Below are positions 27,472 through 33,578 of a DNA stretch of 33,578 nt, piece by piece (the first letter of the stretch is position 1; each line of letters starts with the position of its first letter). The translations under genes were made by a program, and so were the position numbers. The notes below the pieces were generated by a model, which was not told the DNA's origin, searched no databases, and saw nothing but the letters and a program-made list of their open reading frames with translations. This DNA comes from a virus (taxonomy: Duplodnaviria; Caudoviricetes): positions 1 through 33,578 of the IMG/VR virus record IMGVR_UViG_3300032335_000224; one strand, 5' to 3'.

Positions 27472-27798
27472 ATGAAATACTGGTACATTAATCAATTAGA
27501 CTGCGTTCCTCAAGATGGTGATTTAACTGACTTTGTGGTAGTCGCACATTGGAATCGTAACGCTAAAGAAACAATCAACGGAGTAGAATACTTTGCAAGT
27601 GTTTACGGAAGCCAATCATTTTCAAAGGATGATGTTACAAACTTTATCCCTTACGAGGACTTAACCTATGACATTGTTTGTTCTTGGCTTGACAATTCAA
27701 TTGATGTTGCTGCTTTAGACCTTAATTTAGACCAACAAATAGAGAATCAAGTTAATCCACCGATTGTTTCTTTGCCACTACCATTTGTTAATCCGTAA
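27472..27798 (+). CDS. Tail-fibre-associated (assembly chaperone-like) protein
   Basis: FIPYEDLT...V.SW...PLP; directly downstream of fibre. Confidence 0.55.
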   Translation: MKYWYINQLDCVPQDGDLTDFVVVAHWNRNAKETINGVEYFASVYGSQSFSKDDVTNFIPYEDLTYDIVCSWLDNSIDVAALDLNLDQQIENQVNPPIVSLPLPFVNP

Positions 27799-27829
27799 CA
27801 AATAACTATCTTTATAAAAAATATAAATT

Positions 27830-27973
27830 ATGTTAACATTAAACGAGCAACAATTAAATGATTTAAAAGCATTTATTAACAAGATCCCTACGGAGTTCGG
27901 ATTGCCATTATTAACTTTCTTTGGTCAGCTTGAACTTGAACAAAAGCCTAAAGAGGAAAAAACAGAAGATTAA
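27830..27973 (+). CDS. 47-aa hypothetical protein
   Basis: MLTLNEQQLNDLKAFINKIPTEFGLPLL...; TAATG-coupled. Confidence 0.65.
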   Translation: MLTLNEQQLNDLKAFINKIPTEFGLPLLTFFGQLELEQKPKEEKTED

Positions 27974-28164
27974 TGACACAAGATAGCAGTCAAGCATTAG
28001 TTAATACAGGTATAAGCCTTACGGCAGCATCATTAACACTAACACAGGTACAACCATTTGTAACTTTGGTAGCGGGTTTGACTGCTATTATTTCAGGTAT
28101 CTTTGCAATTCGTTATTACTACAACGCAACTAAAAGAGTAAAAGATGATGAAATTTCTAAATAG
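27973..28164 (+). CDS. Putative holin
   Basis: 63 aa, hydrophobic segment(s), charged C-terminus, in lysis block. Confidence 0.55.
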   Translation: MTQDSSQALVNTGISLTAASLTLTQVQPFVTLVAGLTAIISGIFAIRYYYNATKRVKDDEISK

Positions 28165-28336
28165 CATTTACGGAAGTTATGTAAAAGTATTCCTTTCAGC
28201 AGTCCTTACTATGATTATTGCTAAAGGAAATATTTATTTAATAACATTAGAGGAATGCATAAGTGCAGGAGTTATTTCAATTTTGCCTATCATCATAAAC
28301 TATCTGAATCCAAACGACAAGCGTTATGGCAAATAA
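28145..28336 (+). CDS. Putative holin / antiholin
   Basis: Two hydrophobic segments, C-terminal LNPNDKRYG. Confidence 0.55.
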   Translation: MMKFLNSIYGSYVKVFLSAVLTMIIAKGNIYLITLEECISAGVISILPIIINYLNPNDKRYGK

Positions 28337-28832
28337 ATCTAAGATATTTATATTTTATTTAATATGTTTATTTTTAATTATAGTACTTGGATGCAATCCT
28401 GTAAGGAAAGCAGAACGTAGGGTATTAAATAATTTAGAAAGTAGCGAAAGGGTTTTTAGGGAATTAGAAAAAACCAGACCTTGCGCGAATGATACAACCA
28501 TAATTACAAAGAATGACACTACATTACTTATTGATACCATTGTTAACTACAAAAGAGACACAATTAGTATTAACGGGGTTGAATACATAACTATTAAAGA
28601 GGAACCTAAAACAATAGTTAAAACAGTTACAGTTCATAAAGTACATACAGGATATATTGTAGATACAAGAAGATTAGGCATTGTGCTTGATTCGGTTCGA
28701 TATTACAAGGTTAATGCACAAATCAATAAAGAGGTAGGAAACAAATGGAAGTGGCGATTTTGGGGCTTATTAGGCATTTTAATTGCATTCATATTAATTA
28801 AACGATTATTTTATATGTATGCTATGCGATAA
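28326..28832 (+). CDS. Putative unimolecular spanin (lipoprotein with C-terminal TM)
   Basis: Signal peptide with lipobox VLGC, beta-rich middle, C-terminal WGLLGILIAFILI. Confidence 0.6.
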   Translation: MANKSKIFIFYLICLFLIIVLGCNPVRKAERRVLNNLESSERVFRELEKTRPCANDTTIITKNDTTLLIDTIVNYKRDTISINGVEYITIKEEPKTIVKTVTVHKVHTGYIVDTRRLGIVLDSVRYYKVNAQINKEVGNKWKWRFWGLLGILIAFILIKRLFYMYAMR

Positions 28833-28849
28833 ATATAAATATAAATAAA

Positions 28850-29308
28850 ATGCAAATCTCGGAACATTTGACTTTAGCGGAGTTAATCCGTAGCGAATCA
28901 GCAAAGCGCAATGGCATTTCAAATATGCCACCGCCAGAACATATTGCTAATTTAAAACTTTTAGCAGAACATATCTTTGAGCCTATTAGAGCCAATTTTA
29001 GATGTCCAATTATAATTTCAAGCGGTTATAGATCAAAGGAATTAAATGCCGTTATTGGCGGTGCTAATAAGTCGCAGCATTCATTGGGGCAAGCCATTGA
29101 TATTGATATGGATAGTACAACCTATGATGTTACCAATGCAGATATTTTTAATTACATAAAAGATAAACTTCCTTTTGATCAATTGATCTGGGAGTTTGGC
29201 AATATATTAAACCCTTTTTGGGTACACGTTTCTTATTCAGATAGACACAGAAGGCAGATTTTAAAAGCAACTAAAATAAACGGGATTACACACTACAAAC
29301 AAATATAA
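28850..29308 (+). CDS. Endolysin, peptidase M15 family
   Basis: SSGYRS, SQH..GQAID, WVHVS zinc-ligand motifs. Confidence 0.88.
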   Translation: MQISEHLTLAELIRSESAKRNGISNMPPPEHIANLKLLAEHIFEPIRANFRCPIIISSGYRSKELNAVIGGANKSQHSLGQAIDIDMDSTTYDVTNADIFNYIKDKLPFDQLIWEFGNILNPFWVHVSYSDRHRRQILKATKINGITHYKQI

Positions 29309-30042
29309 TGCTAAAAACAAAACGCAGAAGGCTTTTCTTTGACATTGAGACAAGTCCTAACATCGGCTTATTTTGGGAGGCAGGATATAAAAAAAACATA
29401 GATTATTCAAACATAATTCAAGAACGTGCAATTATCTGTATCTGTTATAAGTGGGAAGATGAAAAGGAAGTTTATGCTTTACAATGGGATGCGAAGCAGA
29501 ATGATAAACGTATGCTTGAGCAGTTTATTGAGGTTGCAAATGTGGCTACTGAAATGGTTGGACATAACGGGGATAAATTTGATTTGGCTTGGATCAGGAC
29601 AAGGTGCTTGTTTCACAATATCCAAATGTTCCCAAAATATACAACTATTGATACCCTAAAGGTAGCCAGGCAGAAGTTTAGATTTAATTCAAATAGGCTT
29701 AATTATATAGCGGATTTTTTAGGCATAGGACAGAAGATTAAAACAGAATATAGCCTTTGGAAAAACATTCTATTGCATAAGGATAAGATAGCTATGGAGG
29801 CAATGATTAAGTATTGTAAAAAAGATGTGGTATTGCTTGAAAAGGTTTTTAAACTTTTAAGCGCACATATAGAGCCTAAAACGCATTACGGGGTTATCTT
29901 TGGCGAAGATAGGGGAAGCTGTCCTGAATGTGGATCAGATGACTTGATTAAGAATAATAAAGTAGTAACTGCAACAGGCTTAACCAGGATTCAATATAAA
30001 TGCAAAACTTGTAATAAATTTCATTCTAAAACTGATAAATAA
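29308..30042 (+). CDS. DnaQ/RNase H-like 3'-5' exonuclease with C-terminal Zn ribbon
   Basis: FDIETS, GHNGDKFD, YCKKDV; CPECGS...CKTC. Confidence 0.85.
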   Translation: MLKTKRRRLFFDIETSPNIGLFWEAGYKKNIDYSNIIQERAIICICYKWEDEKEVYALQWDAKQNDKRMLEQFIEVANVATEMVGHNGDKFDLAWIRTRCLFHNIQMFPKYTTIDTLKVARQKFRFNSNRLNYIADFLGIGQKIKTEYSLWKNILLHKDKIAMEAMIKYCKKDVVLLEKVFKLLSAHIEPKTHYGVIFGEDRGSCPECGSDDLIKNNKVVTATGLTRIQYKCKTCNKFHSKTDK

Positions 30043-30245
30043 TGTCTAAAATTTTATATAATATTATAAATGATTTAATAGATCGCGAGGAAAAAGGATT
30101 AAAAGAATACTTGACTACTATGGACAGAACGGATCTAACAGAATTACAATGGTTGCAGCACGCTTACGAGGAAGCATTGGACTTGTCAATTTATTTAAAA
30201 AAACTTATAAAAATTAAAACAGATGAAAATGCCAAAAGGATTTAA
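30042..30245 (+). CDS. Conserved small phage protein (possible all-alpha NTP pyrophosphatase-like)
   Basis: R..KG.K.Y..T.DR.DL...WLQHAYEEALD..IYL; EExxD motif. Confidence 0.45.
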   Translation: MSKILYNIINDLIDREEKGLKEYLTTMDRTDLTELQWLQHAYEEALDLSIYLKKLIKIKTDENAKRI

Positions 30246-30411
30246 TAAATGGACGCTATGCCAACAAGAAGATTATTTTTCTAAAAAACTTCAAGAAGTC
30301 CACGAAATTGAACAAGAGATTAGAAATGTTTTAGCTAAGATTCGTGGCGGCAATAAAATGGAGTTTAAAGAAATAGAAAGACCTGATGAAATCATTTTAA
30401 AAGATTTATAA
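30223..30411 (+). CDS. Hypothetical protein
   Basis: Coupled ORF. Confidence 0.6.
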   Translation: MKMPKGFNKWTLCQQEDYFSKKLQEVHEIEQEIRNVLAKIRGGNKMEFKEIERPDEIILKDL

Positions 30412-30656
30412 TGTCAGACGAAAAACAAGAAGTAAGCGAGGAAATAGAATGGGAAGATGCTGAAACGACCACGCGAAGTGATTTAATTAGCTGCGCCTAT
30501 TATGCTATTTCAGCCGTTGAAGATATTGACTTGACTTTAGTTTCTAAGATGGAAGCTAACAGGATTAAGACAATTAGAAGGCAATCTTTAGATATTATTG
30601 CAAACGTTATCGGGGAAATGCACGCTGAAATCTTTGATGTTGAGGAAGATATATAA
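30411..30656 (+). CDS. Acidic hypothetical protein
   Basis: TAATG-coupled, last gene before terminator. Confidence 0.65.
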   Translation: MSDEKQEVSEEIEWEDAETTTRSDLISCAYYAISAVEDIDLTLVSKMEANRIKTIRRQSLDIIANVIGEMHAEIFDVEEDI

Positions 30657-30680
30657 ATAAATAATTATATATAATGTATT

Positions 30681-30707
30681 GCCGCTTATAAAAAGTGGCT
30701 TTTTTTT
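30681..30707 (+). terminator. Intrinsic terminator ending the late operon
   Basis: GCCGCTT-ATAAA-AAGTGGC then T8. Confidence 0.85.
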
Positions 30708-30720
30708 GCAAAATAAATTA

Positions 30721-30759
30721 ATAAAGTGTATATAATATGGATAAAAGTTGTATATTTGT
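30721..30759 (+). promoter_or_regulatory. Early promoter P2 (TATATTTG at 30751-30758)
   Basis: TAnnTTTG consensus; near-copy of 9011-9049. Confidence 0.75.
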
Positions 30760-30792
30760 CCTGTCGTAATAAAACCATACGACATAAATACT

Positions 30793-31002
30793 ATGAAAAA
30801 ATTTGAATTTGTTTCGGAAACGAAATACAACAAACCAGATCAGCCTTACTTTTATACAAAAGAAGATAATTATTTTGTATCTGATTCTGGTAGCTATGAC
30901 AAGGATCAAGCCTACGAAAAGTTTTTATTTTTAGCACAGGGCGGATCTTTAAAACCAAAGGAAACAATACTTGAACAAAAAATTTTAGAAACAAAAGATT
31001 AA
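30793..31002 (+). CDS. Hypothetical early protein
   Basis: ATG 30793 downstream of P2 (MKKFEFVSE...). Confidence 0.65.
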   Translation: MKKFEFVSETKYNKPDQPYFYTKEDNYFVSDSGSYDKDQAYEKFLFLAQGGSLKPKETILEQKILETKD

Positions 31003-31005
31003 CCA

Positions 31006-31260
31006 ATGAATACATTGCTTCAACTTTCAAACCTAAGGGATAAGGTAAGTTACTATGAATGGCTATTTGACATAAGCGATAAATCAAATGCTCAAAAAAG
31101 ATATGAAATGTTAAAAAATGCTCGTAAAACTTTAAAGGATTTTAAAGCAGTTTACTATCCACATTTATTGCAGCAACCTAAAAACCCTTTTCAACCAATA
31201 CCTTTTACCCCTATGTCTGAATGGACAGAAAAATTTGAGGAATACGGGGATATGTATTAA
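31006..31260 (+). CDS. Hypothetical early protein
   Basis: ORF in tight operon. Confidence 0.65.
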   Translation: MNTLLQLSNLRDKVSYYEWLFDISDKSNAQKRYEMLKNARKTLKDFKAVYYPHLLQQPKNPFQPIPFTPMSEWTEKFEEYGDMY

Positions 31261-31283
31261 ATTTATAAACCTAAAATAAATCT

Positions 31284-31520
31284 ATGAAAACATCAATGCA
31301 AGAACTATTAGATTACGTTAAAAACGTACACGCCTGGACATTGTTACCAGACCAATTAGCTAAAACTATTGAGGAAAATTATCTTGAAAAGTCAAAAAGG
31401 GAAATTAGAAACGCTTTTAATGATGGGGAACAAAACGTTTGGGATAGGAATAGAGACGGACATATTTTTGAATACGAAGGCGGTGAGGATTATTTTAAAA
31501 AAACTTTTAAAAACAATTAA
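31284..31520 (+). CDS. Hypothetical protein, likely paralog of 10910-11173
   Basis: MKTSMQEL...EK.K.EI..AF.DG.QN...Y...T. Confidence 0.65.
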   Translation: MKTSMQELLDYVKNVHAWTLLPDQLAKTIEENYLEKSKREIRNAFNDGEQNVWDRNRDGHIFEYEGGEDYFKKTFKNN

Positions 31521-31523
31521 CCT

Positions 31524-32069
31524 ATGAACTTAGTAAAAATTCAAGCTGAATTAAAAGCACCAAAAGGACAATTTAATGCATTTGGTAAATACAAATACCG
31601 AAATGCAGAGGATATTATTGAAGCAGTAAAACCTATTTTATGCAAATACGGAACTGCATTAGTAATCACAGACGAAGTAGTACAAGTAGGCGATAGGATT
31701 TATGTTCAAGCAACTGCGACACTTTTAGATGATACAGATAATACTATCAGTTCAAAAGGTTGGGCGCGCGAGGAGGAGGTTAAAAAGGGAATGGACGCTG
31801 CACAGATTACAGGATCAGCAAGTTCTTACGCCCGTAAATATGCCCTTAATGGCTTATTCGCAATAGATGATACAAAGGATGCGGATTCTACAAATGAGCA
31901 TAAGGACGAAGTTGGCGAGGAAAAACGTATGAAGCTAATTGCTCTATTAGAAAACACTATCTGGGATGAAAGCCTTAAAAGTAAACAAGCTATCAAGATA
32001 AGTGCTTACACTACAAATGAGCAATATGACAAGGCTTATAAAATTATATTAGCTAACCAAAATAAGTAA
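31524..32069 (+). CDS. erf: ERF-family single-strand annealing protein
   Basis: IQAELKAPK.QFN.FGKYKYR..EDI, Q.TGSASSYARKYAL..LFAIDD.KDAD. Confidence 0.9.
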   Translation: MNLVKIQAELKAPKGQFNAFGKYKYRNAEDIIEAVKPILCKYGTALVITDEVVQVGDRIYVQATATLLDDTDNTISSKGWAREEEVKKGMDAAQITGSASSYARKYALNGLFAIDDTKDADSTNEHKDEVGEEKRMKLIALLENTIWDESLKSKQAIKISAYTTNEQYDKAYKIILANQNK

Positions 32070-32070
32070 A

Positions 32071-32283
32071 ATGCAAGAAACATATCAAGATTTAGAAATA
32101 GGTATGCAGAATCTTTTACCTATGGAAAGGCAGATGCTTTTAGCAAAAATTTATCATTATGCCTGGTATAACAAGGAAGCATACGACCAATTGATTACCT
32201 TTGTAAACCATTGGGAAAAACATTCAGAATTTAAAGCAGTATTTTTTAAACAGGATTCAGAGGAATCCACAAACCAAATATAA
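32071..32283 (+). CDS. Hypothetical protein
   Basis: ORF in tight operon. Confidence 0.6.
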   Translation: MQETYQDLEIGMQNLLPMERQMLLAKIYHYAWYNKEAYDQLITFVNHWEKHSEFKAVFFKQDSEESTNQI

Positions 32284-32284
32284 A

Positions 32285-32497
32285 ATGTCAGAAGTAAAAA
32301 AAGAATCAATCGGTGCCTGGAAAAACCAAACCAAAGACGGCAAAGAAGTAATTAAGTTTTCAATCAATGGTCAACGATACAATATGTGGGTTAATTCTTA
32401 CAAGGATAAGCCTGCGCAGCCTGATTATAAGATTTATGAAGATAATTACGTTGCGCCAACAGAAACAAAATTAGCTAATGATGATTTAGAATTTTAA
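32285..32497 (+). CDS. Small ssDNA-binding-like protein
   Basis: IGAWKN...QPDYKIY and acidic DDLEF tail like SSB C-termini; next to ERF. Confidence 0.6.
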   Translation: MSEVKKESIGAWKNQTKDGKEVIKFSINGQRYNMWVNSYKDKPAQPDYKIYEDNYVAPTETKLANDDLEF

Positions 32498-32499
32498 TT

Positions 32500-32922
32500 A
32501 TGGAGTATAACAATATAGTACAATGTTATAAAGATCAGTTGCAAAGTTTACGGATGTTTCATAAAGAATTAGTTAAAGCTAATTTGATAACAGATGATAT
32601 TGCAATTGGATCTGTACCTACAAGCATTATGCCGCATAGATTAGTTGAGTTAGTTGAGGACGTATTTGACACAAGCATCCAGATTAAGAACAGAAGGCAA
32701 AGCGTTATATTTGGACGCAAGGCGGCGGCTTATATTCTTAAAAAATATACTCAATTATCCCTTAATGAAATAGCTAAGCATATCGGGGTTGGCGATCATA
32801 CAACTGTGATTTATAACATAAAAACGGCTGAAAATTTAATGTTTACCGAAAAATGGTATAAAGAAAAAGTTGATGAAATTGAAAAAGAGATTGAAAATTT
32901 TAGTAAGTTTGTAAAAGAATAG
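32500..32922 (+). CDS. DnaA C-terminal (domain IV) HTH protein
   Basis: RRQSVIFGRKAAAYIL...LSLNEIA..IG..DHTTVIY. Confidence 0.82.
   Translation: MEYNNIVQCYKDQLQSLRMFHKELVKANLITDDIAIGSVPTSIMPHRLVELVEDVFDTSIQIKNRRQSVIFGRKAAAYILKKYTQLSLNEIAKHIGVGDHTTVIYNIKTAENLMFTEKWYKEKVDEIEKEIENFSKFVKE
32904..32911 (+). promoter_or_regulatory. Putative -7 element (TAAGTTTG) of replication operon promoter
   Basis: TAnnTTTG consensus placed so that transcription would start just before the 32921 hairpin. Confidence 0.55.
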
Positions 32923-33005
32923 GATTATTGCAGAATCCTTTTAAAAACGATATTGCCCAAAGAGGCGTAGGTACTGCAATTACCTGCAAATCTGAGGGCA
33001 TTTTT
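32921..33005 (+). ncRNA. Candidate cis-regulatory kissing-loop RNA in 5' leader of replication initiator
   Basis: Two hairpins with exactly complementary 7-nt loops ATTGCAG and CTGCAAT; second stem followed by TTTTT. Confidence 0.7.
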
Positions 33006-33009
33006 ATTT

Positions 33010-33578
33010 ATGAAAAGCAGTACATATTATTTTAGCCACGATTATAATGCGGCAAATGATACTAAGATTTTGTTTCTTAGGCATCAATTAGGTATGGAAG
33101 GATACGGGATTTATTGGTATCTTATAGAGCAATTAGCAAACGCAGGTGGCAAATTACCATTAGAGCTTATCCCTGTATTAGCTATGCAAATGCATTGCAC
33201 AGATGTCAAAGTAAACGGCGTATTAATGAACTTTGATTTATTTACGATTGAATCAGGGGAGTTCTGGTCGCATAGATTACAGGAACATTTAGAACTTAGG
33301 CTAAAATTAAGCCAAAGTGGAAAGGCAGGTGCGAATAATAGATGGAAAAATGGGGGGGCTATTGGGGGTGCCATTGGGGAGGGTAATGCAAAGGAAAGGA
33401 AAGGAAAGGAAATAAAAGGAAATATAAATTTTATAGAAGATATACAAACTTTTAAAAGTGAATTAGGGGATGAATATGATAATTTTATAATGTATTGGAC
33501 AGAACCAAATAAAAATGGTAAATTACGTTATGAATTAGAAAAGTTTTTTGATATTAAACGCCGAGTTAATACCTGGCT
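33010..33578 (+). CDS. Replication initiator, DUF4373/Lin1244-like (5' part; continues over the junction to 220, 221 aa total)
   Basis: Not in ORF track. ATG 33010 reads MKSSTYYFSHDYNAANDTKILFLRHQLGMEGYGIYWYLIE...; YFSHD and GYGIYWYLIE motifs are typical of this phage replication N-domain; in frame with 35..220. Confidence 0.85.
   Translation, partial: MKSSTYYFSHDYNAANDTKILFLRHQLGMEGYGIYWYLIEQLANAGGKLPLELIPVLAMQMHCTDVKVNGVLMNFDLFTIESGEFWSHRLQEHLELRLKLSQSGKAGANNRWKNGGAIGGAIGEGNAKERKGKEIKGNINFIEDIQTFKSELGDEYDNFIMYWTEPNKNGKLRYELEKFFDIKRRVNTW
33349..33425. repeat. Candidate replication origin: three 12-bp G-rich repeats plus (AAAGG)n tract
   Basis: AATGGGGGGGCT/ATTGGGGGTGCC/ATTGGGGAGGGT then AAAGG x4, AAATA, AAAGG, AAATA within the initiator gene linker. 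Confidence 0.55.
33456..33578. repeat. Terminal direct repeat, copy 2 (circular overlap)
   Basis: Exact copy of 1-123; joining gives a 33,455-bp circle and restores an intact reading frame. Confidence 0.97.

Noticed and set aside
29426-29659. Alternative-frame + strand ORF inside the exonuclease gene
   Set aside because: Fully nested, no slippery site or motif, weak start context
33111-33374. Minus-strand 87-aa ORF as the gene in this region
   Set aside because: The real gene is the + strand initiator from 33010, missed by the track because it runs off the window end

Overview
This window is an apparently complete, circularly permuted ~33,455-bp tailed dsDNA phage genome: bases 1-123 are repeated exactly at 33456-33578. 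It is AT-rich and every credible gene lies on the + strand. A Bacteroidota host is inferred from TAnnTTTG promoters and A-rich translation starts without Shine-Dalgarno sequences. Gene order: replication initiator (crossing the junction), putative loader, VRR-NUC, phage sigma factor; a glycan-modification cassette (LpxA-like acyltransferase, SAM methyltransferase, GT-A and GT-B glycosyltransferases); HNH genes, ParB-MTase, terS/terL; an early-type island ending in a -1 frameshifting tail chaperone; tail genes and tape measure; protease, scaffold, capsid, tail tube, portal, adaptor; tail fibre with S74 chaperone; lysis genes; exonuclease; and a second early block (ERF, SSB-like, DnaA-C protein). 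No integrase, repressor, tRNA or CRISPR array was seen. The most notable signals are a perfect 7-nt kissing-loop RNA in the 5' leader of the replication initiator, the glycosylation cassette, a portal-wHTH-MuF fusion, a probable phage-sigma late promoter motif that may give leaderless mRNAs, a G-quadruplex/iteron origin candidate and a GATC-free tail-fibre module. All protein calls come from motif recognition by eye; no database searches were run.
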